From positions 1 to 30,233 of the IMG/VR virus record IMGVR_UViG_3300014822_000084: 30,233 nucleotides of DNA. One strand, written 5' to 3'. Numbering within the stretch: position 1 is the first letter of the stretch; every line of letters begins with the position of its first letter. Source of the DNA: a virus. Lineage: Duplodnaviria; Caudoviricetes. The notes beneath the pieces are model-generated. The model was given only the letters and a program-made list of their open reading frames with translations. It ran no database searches and had not been told where the DNA came from. This document shows, piece after piece, positions 1 to 8,515 of the stretch. Both the position numbers and the translations under genes were made by a program.

Positions 1-86
1 AATGTAGCAAATGGTCAGGCAGCCGCAGCAGGCCAACCAGTAGCAATAAGCACCACCGGCCCGGCCGTGACCATTAATGTAGCAAA
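1..86. repeat. Terminal overlap identical to 30148-30233 (circular assembly junction)
   Basis: Bases 1-86 match 30148-30233 exactly. Joining the ends keeps the reading frame of the tail gene. Confidence 0.95.
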
Positions 87-1920
87 TGGTCAGGCAGGGG
101 CAGAAGGCCAGACGCTTACAGCGACCGGCCCGGCCGTGATTGTATCCACCATCACGGTAACCACTTCAACAACAGGCCAAGCAGTAGCAATAAGCCGAAT
201 AGGTGATGAAACCCTGATCGGCCCGCCAATACCAACCACAATCACACTCGCATCATTAAATGAAATAAATGAGGCAGCCGCCACAATCAGCCATGCAATT
301 GCAACAAGCAGCAGCCCCGGAGGGGCAGCCGCAATCTTAGCCACTGATAATAGTGGCTTACTTCACTTGAGAAGTTTGATCGCAGACGAGATCGCCGGCG
401 ATCTAACCCCAGACCAAACAGATACACGCAACATAGGCAGCATTACAAGCCTTTGGAGAACCGCCTACATATCTGAAATGCAGGCAACGTTATTCGCCAA
501 AAACACAGCAAGCTTAATTGGGGGATTATTCATTATTCCCCACAATGCCGGTACGCTAGCAGCAGACGTGTCAAATTCAACTACCCAAATTGACTTTGGG
601 CAGCCAATGACCACAGGTGATATTATTTTATTACGTGGATTGCTACAAGTTGAATACATGCAGATAGGAACGGCCGTTACCGGCACAACATACAACGTAA
701 CCAGAAACTTAGACGGTTCAGGGGTAAACACATGGCCCGCAGGCCAAGCATTTGCCGTTTTGGGCACAAGCGGCGACGGCCGCATAGAACTGGACGCGCA
801 AACCGGCCAGCCGCGTATCAGTATACTTGAGCAAGGAACAATATATAACAGCCAGGTGGAAAAAGTCCGCATAGGGGCATTAAATGGATGGGGATCATTG
901 ACAGGGAACGGAATCGCCATAGGCGACCCGACAGGCGAGCGAATCACTTATGATCCTACAAATGGCCTGATTATTGCAGGTGATGGAAACGGCATCACCA
1001 ACATAAACGGAGGCAATATACAGGCCAACACAGTTACCGCTACCCAAATAAATGTAAGCAACCTGTCTGCAATATCTGCCAATTTGGGAACAATCACGGC
1101 AGGAACAATCACCGGCGCAACAATCCGAACCGCAGCCACAGGCGCACGTGTTCAAATGGACACAAGCGGCATTTTTGGAACTAATGGAACGACTGAACAA
1201 TGGCGAGCAGATAATACAACAGGAAAATTTACAGCAGGGAACGGGTATCTAAATATCGATGAAAATGGATTAACCCTAACACCACGAACAAGCACACCCG
1301 ATTTTAGCTTCACCCCGCAAAGCCTGAAATGGGCAAACGGCACAACCACAAAGGCAATGATTGAGTTTGCTGAGATAGTTGATCATGGCACAAGCAGGAA
1401 GTTGGTGATGGGGATGCAGGGAGATACAAGAAAAGCCGAATTACGATTCACATGGGACAATGTAAGCGGAATAGAATACGCAGCCTTGGACGCATCTCTT
1501 ATCAGCTTAATTGCAGATGAAACAAGCGTGTCAGGTGACTTAAACGTTACCGGCAGCTACAAAAAAGAGAATACAACCGGACACATTTATGTACCGTTCC
1601 GTACCGGCCCAGTCCAACCGACCGGTTGGGCTGGCACGAGTAAAACAAGTGGCACATACACACTTACAGCCGCAGATTTAGGAGTACCTTCAAATGCAGC
1701 CGCGATAGCAATACAAATTGGGATCACCGGCGGCACAACCGGAAATAGTTTAGCAATTGGTTATGCCAGCTATGTAGACGCGATTTTTGCACAAATTCAA
1801 AGCGGTTTAACAATCGCTTTTGCGAGCGGCGTTACCAACCTTGACACAAGCGGCCAAATTACTGCAAGCGTGTCAGGAACAATTAATTGTTATATACGTA
1901 TCATTGGATATTACATCTAA
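1..1920 (+). CDS. Tail fibre / receptor-binding protein, C-terminal part (gene starts at 29482 and wraps; about 861 aa joined)
   Basis: Frame 1 is open from base 1. The protein is Thr/Gly/Ala rich, with fibre-type repeats (NLSAISANLGTITAGTITGATIRT), and is the last long gene of the tail module. Confidence 0.8.
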   Translation, partial: NVANGQAAAAGQPVAISTTGPAVTINVANGQAGAEGQTLTATGPAVIVSTITVTTSTTGQAVAISRIGDETLIGPPIPTTITLASLNEINEAAATISHAIATSSSPGGAAAILATDNSGLLHLRSLIADEIAGDLTPDQTDTRNIGSITSLWRTAYISEMQATLFAKNTASLIGGLFIIPHNAGTLAADVSNSTTQIDFGQPMTTGDIILLRGLLQVEYMQIGTAVTGTTYNVTRNLDGSGVNTWPAGQAFAVLGTSGDGRIELDAQTGQPRISILEQGTIYNSQVEKVRIGALNGWGSLTGNGIAIGDPTGERITYDPTNGLIIAGDGNGITNINGGNIQANTVTATQINVSNLSAISANLGTITAGTITGATIRTAATGARVQMDTSGIFGTNGTTEQWRADNTTGKFTAGNGYLNIDENGLTLTPRTSTPDFSFTPQSLKWANGTTTKAMIEFAEIVDHGTSRKLVMGMQGDTRKAELRFTWDNVSGIEYAALDASLISLIADETSVSGDLNVTGSYKKENTTGHIYVPFRTGPVQPTGWAGTSKTSGTYTLTAADLGVPSNAAAIAIQIGITGGTTGNSLAIGYASYVDAIFAQIQSGLTIAFASGVTNLDTSGQITASVSGTINCYIRIIGYYI

Positions 1921-1931
1921 GGAAGGTAAAA

Positions 1932-2105
1932 TTGACACAGGATCAGGTAATAAAACGATTGAATGAGATAAAAGCCAATCTGGAGGCCGACATCACTACG
2001 TTATCTAATCGCCTAGCAGCAACTACAGGCGCATTACAAATTATCAACAGTTTAATAAAGGAGTTTGAAAGTGAGCGAGAACAACATAGACATGAAGGAA
2101 ATTAA
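1932..2105 (+). CDS. Small coiled-coil protein (possible tail fibre chaperone)
   Basis: GGAAGG at 1921 precedes TTG 1932, in frame with ORF 1887. Heptad pattern; directly follows the fibre gene. Confidence 0.6.
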   Translation: MTQDQVIKRLNEIKANLEADITTLSNRLAATTGALQIINSLIKEFESEREQHRHEGN

Positions 2106-2325
2106 GCCGGGCATCAAAACTACCGAATTTTGGACCGCATTAATCGCCGTATCTGGAAATATCATCCTAATACTAGCAGCCATGAATCAAATTGATCATG
2201 AGGCCGTTGAACCCTTGACCAAAGCGGTCACGGAAATAATTGGGGCAGCAAGTGTATTATTTGCCAACGCTTTTATTATCATTAACTATGTCCAAAGCCG
2301 GACGAAGTTAAAAATGCTGAATTAA
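2092..2325 (+). CDS. Putative holin
   Basis: KPGIKTTEFW N-terminal motif, two hydrophobic segments and a basic C-terminus; located after the tail genes. Confidence 0.7.
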   Translation: MKEIKPGIKTTEFWTALIAVSGNIILILAAMNQIDHEAVEPLTKAVTEIIGAASVLFANAFIIINYVQSRTKLKMLN

Positions 2326-2332
2326 GTGAACA

Positions 2333-2817
2333 ATGCCAAATAAACAACTGGCAATTGAGTTGGCTGAAATAAAGCAAATTGTTGAAAATCTTTCTTTACA
2401 GATAGGCCAACTAATCGCCAGCATCAACGCAACAAAGCAGCAAGATAAAATACAAATAGAGCTGCTAAAAAAAAAATTGAATATGCACAGACACGGATAG
2501 ACAAGCTTGCCATCCAACTAGCGAAAACTGTTGAATGGCAGAGCATCGAGGACGATAAGCGCTATCGGTTTACTGCAAACAGCAACCGAGAACGTATATC
2601 AATTATCCGAAAATTAATGCTAAAGGCGTTCAGTGAGAACGAATTAAAGCAATTAATTTACGACATGGAATTATTTAATGTGGAAGATGCTCCCGCAGAA
2701 AGCCGCGCTGAATTAGTACAATACCTACTTGAATTTACAGAGCGACGAAACTATACCGATCTACTTTTACAAGAAGTACAAAGATTAAGGCCGCACCTAC
2801 CTTGGCCTATAATCTAA
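2333..2817 (+). CDS. Coiled-coil protein joined by a -1 shift at A10 (2467-2476) to an effector-associated (EAD1/EAD7-like) domain
   Basis: ORF 2333-2500 (MPNKQLAIELAEIK...) overlaps a -1 frame that is open from 2476 to 2817 and encodes IRKLMLKAFSENELKQLIYDM...LLEFTERRNYTDLLLQEVQRLRPHLPW. Confidence 0.65.
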
Positions 2818-2848
2818 AACGGGGCTGCTTTTAATTGCAGCCCCGTTT
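2817..2848. terminator. Bidirectional intrinsic terminator between convergent operons
   Basis: 12-bp stem aaacggggctgc/gcagccccgttt between the stop codons ending at 2817 (+) and 2849 (-). Confidence 0.8.
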
Positions 2849-3298
2849 CTATTTCAATTTTGAAAAATACTCCAACAACTTTTTTGCCTGATCTGACCTT
2901 TCATTCGCCCTATTCAGGTCTTGAGTGGGCAGTGAAAGGCAATCCCGGACGCTGATCGTGTTAAATGAAACCAGCCGGGCACGCAGTTTAACGCCCCTAA
3001 CAACCTGAGTGTATTCAGTTGAATAATAAGGAATGTCCCACAGCAGCAAGGCACTGGCCGCCGAGATTGCAAGAGCGCAATCAAAAACGGCAACACATTC
3101 GGTTTGTGGCATCTCATAATTATTTCGCATTAATTCAAAATGATGCGTCATACCGTATTTATGGTGACGATTATTATTGTAATTAATACGTAGGCCAGAA
3201 AATGGCGTATTTCTACGCCTGATATAAACCTTGCCTTTGTTAACCCTGTTAAACAAAGACAAAACAGCATCAAATAAAATCTTGTCAGCTTTTGTCAT
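2849..3298 (-). CDS. Hypothetical protein
   Basis: 149-aa ORF tightly packed in the - strand operon. Confidence 0.7.
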   Translation of the reverse strand: MTKADKILFDAVLSLFNRVNKGKVYIRRRNTPFSGLRINYNNNRHHKYGMTHHFELMRNNYEMPQTECVAVFDCALAISAASALLLWDIPYYSTEYTQVVRGVKLRARLVSFNTISVRDCLSLPTQDLNRANERSDQAKKLLEYFSKLK

Positions 3299-3299
3299 C

Positions 3300-3953
3300 T
3301 TACACCTTCACCTTGCCGAAACGGTAAACCGTTTCAAACAGCTTAACAAAACGATCAACGTCATTGCCCAGATAGTAAAATACAGAATCCTTAGTTACTC
3401 CCGGAACACTGAGACCCCCTTTTTGATAATTCAAACGGCCGTAAAATATCCCAAGCGGATACTCTAGCAACGGCCGAAACCACGCAGCAGATACGGCCGC
3501 GAAGCACACACCACATACGGCCGTGACAAGTCCAGTTTCATACGCTGAAACGACGGCTTTGATCCATTCTTTGTTACCCGCAACATCATAAGCGACGTGA
3601 TACCCACGCCGCCGACAAACAGCCTTTGTGCATTTATTCAAATCGCACGGCCGTTCACGGCGACTAAATGGATGATTAACCCACATGCACCCCCGCGCTA
3701 TCTGATGAAGGTCATATGGCATAACCATCTCATCTATCTGATTGTATACCGGCATCTTGTCATACGGATGATTGACCATAAAAACTTGATCCGGCTTGCT
3801 AACAAATGAGGCAGCCCCAACAATGACATTTGCTTCACTTGAAGAAGCCGGATCAAAGTCAATTACACCCATCAAGTCACGAGCCAAGTCAACCACTTTT
3901 TTAGGCGTGTGCCAATCACGGTCTCCACTATCTTGGTGAATTAAATGAATCAT
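3300..3953 (-). CDS. Phage DNA N6-adenine methyltransferase-like protein
   Basis: DWHTP, DFDPASS and WVNHPFS (NPPY/F-equivalent) motifs, plus WF..L and GRLNY. Confidence 0.75.
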   Translation of the reverse strand: MIHLIHQDSGDRDWHTPKKVVDLARDLMGVIDFDPASSSEANVIVGAASFVSKPDQVFMVNHPYDKMPVYNQIDEMVMPYDLHQIARGCMWVNHPFSRRERPCDLNKCTKAVCRRRGYHVAYDVAGNKEWIKAVVSAYETGLVTAVCGVCFAAVSAAWFRPLLEYPLGIFYGRLNYQKGGLSVPGVTKDSVFYYLGNDVDRFVKLFETVYRFGKVKV

Positions 3954-4192
3954 TACATATCCCTAATTTGGGCAACCGCCCAATTTACGCGCCCCATAAT
4001 CGCGTCAAATTGAGTAGCCCTAATGGTAACATCAATCAGCTTTGGCCCAGAAGGGAGATATATCGCTAATCGAGGCCGCCCCCGGTAAAGACCTAGAATT
4101 GATCGGCCACCACTGGCAGCGACATCAAATAGAGCATTAGATAACGCATACCGTTGATCTTCATTCAAATCGAACATATTAAAACTCCACAA
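3953..4192 (-). CDS. Hypothetical protein
   Basis: Overlaps its neighbours in the operon; the start may be the internal ATG (MFDLNE). Confidence 0.6.
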   Translation of the reverse strand: MWSFNMFDLNEDQRYALSNALFDVAASGGRSILGLYRGRPRLAIYLPSGPKLIDVTIRATQFDAIMGRVNWAVAQIRDM

Positions 4193-4481
4193 CTGATATA
4201 CCGTCAGGATAATCAGTAAGCATGTTCCCCAAATCTATGAGAATGTACACATGATCGTCAGCTAATTCTTGTTCGTCAACATATCCACCATCCGTATGAG
4301 TGGCATCCAAAACAACCCCAGAAAGCGAAGCATTTACCAATGCTTTAGCAATCATCACTTCACCCAATTGTTTTGTTCGTTGCAAATCTTTGATTAATTC
4401 ACTTGAAAATAAATGCCAAAGTAAATCTTCAAGCGTTTCTAATTTCCCGTACTCTTTTTGCTTGGTTTCTTTTTGCGACAT
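4179..4481 (-). CDS. Hypothetical acidic protein
   Basis: 100-aa ORF with AAGGA upstream, packed in the operon. Confidence 0.7.
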   Translation of the reverse strand: MSQKETKQKEYGKLETLEDLLWHLFSSELIKDLQRTKQLGEVMIAKALVNASLSGVVLDATHTDGGYVDEQELADDHVYILIDLGNMLTDYPDGISVVEF

Positions 4482-4776
4482 AATTTTGATAGTCCTTTTC
4501 CTTCATTGGTTTAATGGATTTTACACGCTTGGGTGAGGATTTTACCCAGACACCACCGCGCCGTTTCCATGACCGGCGGCGAGCGTAGTAAACACGTTCA
4601 CCAGCCTTATTTATCTTAATATCAAACTCTATCCACCCCCCCCGCTTTTCCCTGTAAATTTGCGCCTTTTTCGTGGGCATGGAGCGCGCCTTTTTCGTGG
4701 GCATGGAGCGCGCCTTTTTCGTGGGCATGGAGCGCACCTTTTTCGTGGGCATGGAGCGCGCCTTTTTCGTGGGCAA
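4429..4776 (-). CDS. Very basic protein with RSMPTKKA repeats (start uncertain)
   Basis: In-frame 24-bp repeats followed by a Lys/Arg-rich domain. The frame stays open upstream to 4869 with no ATG in that extension. Confidence 0.6.
   Translation of the reverse strand: MPTKKARSMPTKKVRSMPTKKARSMPTKKARSMPTKKAQIYREKRGGWIEFDIKINKAGERVYYARRRSWKRRGGVWVKSSPKRVKSIKPMKEKDYQNYVAKRNQAKRVREIRNA
4662..4775. repeat. Tandem repeat, 24 bp x about 4.75 (gcgcctttttcgtgggcatggagc)
   Basis: Units start at 4662, 4686, 4710, 4734 (one substitution) and 4758 (partial). Confidence 0.95.
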
Positions 4777-4853
4777 CGGCAGCGCAACAACCGCGCTAAC
4801 GGCCCCGTCACGTCCAGCCGGAACACTGGACGCGACGGGTGATGTTGCGCCGC

Positions 4854-5612
4854 CTACGAAGGGCGGACGCTATCATCAGGCCGGGCGATTGACGGCCCAG
4901 AGCCGTTAGGGAATGGTGTAACAGGTGTGGCAATGTCTTGAGGGGCATTTGAAGAATGAGTATCTTGGCCGTCACCAATCAGCTTTGAACCGTCATGTGT
5001 GATACCCATAATATCCAGCGTATATTTGTGCCCTTGCCGTGCAAGAAGCTCAACATATTGTTTTTTGTTTTCTTGCATACGTGCGGCAACATCAGCACGA
5101 ACATCTTGCATGATGTCAGCCGCCTGATCCATTATATAGTTGACCATATTTTCGTCAGGATCATAATAGACAAACAGGGCAGAGGCAATAATATGGGCAG
5201 CAGTAATTAAAATCATCACAGTTAGAGCAATCAGGCCGACGGTATTTTCGTACCCGGCCAAATCAACCAGCCCATAACTATTTGTAGCAAGTTGATTAAC
5301 AGTTGCCATGATGGAGGCGAACAGACTTGCCCCGGCCATCAACAAAGACAATGATCGTTGATTGCGACCATCAGCAAGTTTCAAATACACAGCGAACCAC
5401 GTCAGATAGCCTATATCCATCATAAGCAAACCATAAACCCCCGCGAGGCTTTTGGTAATGATGTTTACTCCCGAACCAAAAGCAGCAGGAAGATAAGTAC
5501 TGCTAAATACATACGTCAAGGCGGCATTGATAGCCACCACAAATATCCCGAATATTTTCAAGCCCCACTTTGCAAGTGGTGACACATTACGCCGTGTTTT
5601 AAGACCATTCAT
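4854..5612 (-). CDS. Multi-pass membrane protein with a C-terminal soluble domain
   Basis: About four hydrophobic helices; GAGG RBS upstream. Confidence 0.8.
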   Translation of the reverse strand: MNGLKTRRNVSPLAKWGLKIFGIFVVAINAALTYVFSSTYLPAAFGSGVNIITKSLAGVYGLLMMDIGYLTWFAVYLKLADGRNQRSLSLLMAGASLFASIMATVNQLATNSYGLVDLAGYENTVGLIALTVMILITAAHIIASALFVYYDPDENMVNYIMDQAADIMQDVRADVAARMQENKKQYVELLARQGHKYTLDIMGITHDGSKLIGDGQDTHSSNAPQDIATPVTPFPNGSGPSIARPDDSVRPS

Positions 5613-5689
5613 TAGTTAATCCTCTCTTTTCTAATTGAAATTCAACGGGGCAGGGGGATAAACCCCCTGCCATACCCAACACAAGCAAA

Positions 5690-5863
5690 CTATTTCTTTC
5701 TGTCAGCATCACCCCCTTTCAATTCAATATCAATCTTGAAGCCAATACGACGCAGCCAATCGACGAATACGGCCGTAAATCCATACACGGAAACGGCCGT
5801 ACCCCCGCCAAACACCAGCAGAATAATGAGCAGTGTGAAAGCATCACTAAAAGTCATAATCAT
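5690..5863 (-). CDS. Small membrane protein, 57 aa (not in the ORF track)
   Basis: Manual translation: MIMTFSDAFTLLIILLVFGGGTAVSVYGFTAVFVDWLRRIGFKIDIELKGGDADRKK. Confidence 0.6.
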   Translation of the reverse strand: MIMTFSDAFTLLIILLVFGGGTAVSVYGFTAVFVDWLRRIGFKIDIELKGGDADRKK

Positions 5864-6017
5864 TTTCTTTAACTGAGGGAAGGTCAGCGACGGCAGTCAC
5901 CCCACGCCGCAGAATATAGCGAACGATGGAGCGAAGCGCGTAAACACCAATGCCAACGACAATACCCGTAAAGCAGGCCAACATAAATGAATATGCCAAA
6001 AATTCAAATGTACTCAT
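5847..6017 (-). CDS. Small membrane protein, 56 aa (not in the ORF track)
   Basis: Manual translation: MSTFEFLAYSFMLACFTGIVVGIGVYALRSIVRYILRR...; its start abuts the stop of ORF 6018-6218. Confidence 0.6.
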   Translation of the reverse strand: MSTFEFLAYSFMLACFTGIVVGIGVYALRSIVRYILRRGVTAVADLPSVKENDYDF

Positions 6018-6218
6018 TTACTTCAACATTGTCAGTCCAAAAACTGTTCTATTAAACATCACCAAAGCAAGATAAGTACCTTCTTTATTTGAGGTATATT
6101 CAACCCCAAGCAGAAGATACTTCCCAATGTAAAACCCAATACAGTTACCCCAAGAAAGCTCATCATAGCACGTGTTAAACTCATAAAAAAAACGCATAAT
6201 CATACCCCTTTTCGGCAT
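6018..6218 (-). CDS. Hypothetical protein
   Basis: Fills the operon gap between 6226 and 6017. Confidence 0.55.
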   Translation of the reverse strand: MPKRGMIMRFFYEFNTCYDELSWGNCIGFYIGKYLLLGVEYTSNKEGTYLALVMFNRTVFGLTMLK

Positions 6219-6225
6219 TACCGAA

Positions 6226-7044
6226 CTAACTACGGCCGACCAATTCAGCCGCTAATGGCGACATCCAGACACATTCTTTTCCAATGCGCCGCCCGTTTGT
6301 TCGTTGTTGGAAATCCACACGAACAAAACCGGCATTTTCATATAAATCCACATACAACGGCGACCAGTAGCCAGATACCAGCACCGGCCCGCGCGCTTTT
6401 GTTAAAAGCCGCGCAGCTTCCCTATGCCAATTTTGGCCAGGTTCAACGTTATACCCGCGCTTACGCTTGCGGGTATCTGAAACATATGGCGGATCAAAAT
6501 AAATCAGCACATCATGTTTGATAAACATATCAATGACAGTCAGCCCGTCACGGTTAAGAATTTGAACACCTTTCAGGCGTTCAGCCGTGACAAGCAGATC
6601 GTCACGGCTTAAAGCATCAAATGGGGGAGGGGAATACCTGTTTTGAGGATTCTTTTGAAAACGGAAACCGTTTTCAAAAACAGGCCCCCCTTTGATCGAC
6701 ATCCAGCAAAGAAAGAAAAACCGGCGGGCATCTTCAAGCGGATCATCCGCAACCTGAGCAGTTAACTTGTATTCATTTTCTGCCCAGGGGGTTAGGTTGA
6801 TTAAGTCTAATAATTCATTACCAGAATCCCGAAGGACGCGAAAAAAGTTTGTTACACGTGAATCAGCGTCATTCACAGTTTCATATTTGGCACGGCTTTT
6901 TTTAATGAAAACACCACCGGCCCCGAAACAGGGTTCAAGGTAAGCATCATGGTTAGGCATCAATGCTATTATTTTTTTTGCCCGGCGAAACCCACCACCG
7001 TAATACATCAACGGCGGTCTTTTTGGGTGTTTTTCATTAAACAT
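6226..7044 (-). CDS. DNA adenine methylase (D12/Dam class)
   Basis: YYGGG, YLEPCFGAGGV, ETVND and YFDPPY motifs. Confidence 0.92.
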   Translation of the reverse strand: MFNEKHPKRPPLMYYGGGFRRAKKIIALMPNHDAYLEPCFGAGGVFIKKSRAKYETVNDADSRVTNFFRVLRDSGNELLDLINLTPWAENEYKLTAQVADDPLEDARRFFFLCWMSIKGGPVFENGFRFQKNPQNRYSPPPFDALSRDDLLVTAERLKGVQILNRDGLTVIDMFIKHDVLIYFDPPYVSDTRKRKRGYNVEPGQNWHREAARLLTKARGPVLVSGYWSPLYVDLYENAGFVRVDFQQRTNGRRIGKECVWMSPLAAELVGRS

Positions 7045-7577
7045 GAATTTTCAACCTTGTAACAATCATCACAGAGATTCATTACAAATCCCCGATACGA
7101 ATTAGGATGCGTAGCAGGCTGGCCGCAATCACACCAGCCCAAATCAGTTAGCCCGTCCAATTCTTTGAACGGACGAGGCCTGCCAAACTTTTTTTGATAT
7201 TGGTAACACAAGCGACACAGCCCCTTGATTAATGCCGTTGTCCGGTCACGAGGCCGCCCGCAATTATTACATTTTTCAGCCCAGAGGTAGGAAGGCCGCT
7301 GCTTTCCACCATGAGCATTTTGGTACTGCCAACAGGCATTACACAGTCCACCACGCCTGTTAGTTGCGCGAGACTGCTTACACCGGCGGCAGAGAGGCCG
7401 GGGATCATTGCGCCACCTGATTTTATTTTCAGGCTTACGAGGCCGCCCATGCCGATACTCATATATACGGCAGGCAGGACAAAGACCACGAACTATTTTT
7501 CCTTTTCCGCGAGGAGCTTCCCCGCAGTTAGAGCATTTTTTTACTTTTTTTATTTGATCAGCTTTGCACATTGCCAT
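7008..7577 (-). CDS. Tandem zinc-finger protein
   Basis: Three CxxC...GLCxxC(Y/W/R) units each followed by an RP motif, plus a fourth CDCG...LCDDC unit. Confidence 0.75.
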   Translation of the reverse strand: MAMCKADQIKKVKKCSNCGEAPRGKGKIVRGLCPACRIYEYRHGRPRKPENKIRWRNDPRPLCRRCKQSRATNRRGGLCNACWQYQNAHGGKQRPSYLWAEKCNNCGRPRDRTTALIKGLCRLCYQYQKKFGRPRPFKELDGLTDLGWCDCGQPATHPNSYRGFVMNLCDDCYKVENSCLMKNTQKDRR

Positions 7578-8280
7578 TGCACCTTAAACAAATACCGTCA
7601 AAAATGGCATCACTTTTCCCGCAGCTATCGCAAACGGGAACGGCCGTAACAACAGGGGAGGGGGGCAGCCGATTATCACGGCAGCCATTGCGGATCATTC
7701 CGCCCACGCCTTTTATGCCCCCCCTGAAATTTTCCACCGCACTTTCAGGCAGTGAATTAGCCCAATCTACCCATGCAGATACATTGGGATATTGCGTCAC
7801 AAATTTTTCAGCATCAACAAAGCCGTAATTTTTAAGGGAGTTTATTAAAGAAGGAAGTAAATCGTTATCAATTACCATATGATCATTATCATCATGATCA
7901 TATGGGGATGCACTCTCAGAGTGCGTCCCGATGCACTCTGAGAGTGCATCCCGCCTTTTTGCAAATAGCGCTGAAATGTTATCCACAGAGTTATCCACAA
8001 GGTTATCCACAGAATTAGGGGAGTTATCCACAAGATTGCGGAATATATCAAACCCAGTTTGACTAATCCGCCATGAATAGCGGTTTACTCGCTCAACTAA
8101 CCCCATCTTATACAGATTGTTCATTTGTTCCGAGACCGTATTACGGCCCAGACGCAATCTAAAAGCACAATCTTGAATACTGGAGTTTGCCGGATGCACC
8201 GCCAGCAAATCAACCAAGACCGCGATGCTATTGACGGGTAAAACTTGTGTAAGGGGGATTTTATTCAACATCTTCACCAT
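7558..8280 (-). CDS. Putative replication initiator (N-terminal winged HTH, C-terminal Zn ribbon)
   Basis: wHTH-like segment (LRLGRNTVSEQMNNLYKMGLV), a linker that carries origin-like repeats, and a C-terminal CDSC...CLRC. Confidence 0.7.
   Translation of the reverse strand: MVKMLNKIPLTQVLPVNSIAVLVDLLAVHPANSSIQDCAFRLRLGRNTVSEQMNNLYKMGLVERVNRYSWRISQTGFDIFRNLVDNSPNSVDNLVDNSVDNISALFAKRRDALSECIGTHSESASPYDHDDNDHMVIDNDLLPSLINSLKNYGFVDAEKFVTQYPNVSAWVDWANSLPESAVENFRGGIKGVGGMIRNGCRDNRLPPSPVVTAVPVCDSCGKSDAIFDGICLRCNGNVQS
7875..8032. promoter_or_regulatory. Putative replication origin: inverted repeats plus four DnaA boxes
   Basis: TTATCCACA at 7979, 7991, 8003 and 8024; 20-bp inverted repeat 7905-7924/7933-7952; 12-bp inverted repeat 7875-7886/7894-7905 in an AT-rich tract. 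Confidence 0.75.
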
Positions 8281-8509
8281 AACCGGGGAAACTTGTTACA
8301 TCATGGATATAGGCCAGTGGAATCATCCACCGGTAACCAATCAACCCGCGCCGTTCTTTTACAGCGCCGGGAATGTCCCCGGCAGCAGCCCGGCGGCGAA
8401 TAGTTGAGGGATTAACACCTAACATATCTGCTGCAACTGCAACAGATACATGAGTAAAGGGAGAGGGGAGGAGTGTTTTCTGTGCCATGTGTGCATTATA
8501 GGCACACAA
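8261..8509 (-). CDS. Excisionase/MerR-type HTH DNA-binding protein
   Basis: SVAVAADMLGVNPSTIRRRAAAGDIPGA...WMIP. The start may be ATG 8488. Confidence 0.8.
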   Translation of the reverse strand: MCAYNAHMAQKTLLPSPFTHVSVAVAADMLGVNPSTIRRRAAAGDIPGAVKERRGLIGYRWMIPLAYIHDVTSFPGYGEDVE

Positions 8510-8515
8510 TTATGA

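Noticed and set aside
1-86. Physical direct terminal repeat of the virion DNA
   Set aside because: It lies in the middle of a gene and inside a coding repeat, which is better explained as an assembly overlap.
1-1920. Diversity-generating retroelement acting on the fibre gene
   Set aside because: There is no reverse transcriptase and no template/variable repeat pair with adenine-specific differences.
4662-4775. 24-bp repeats, or the 70-bp repeats, as a CRISPR array
   Set aside because: The 24-bp units have no spacers and are coding; the 70-bp copies are separated by whole genes; no cas genes are present.
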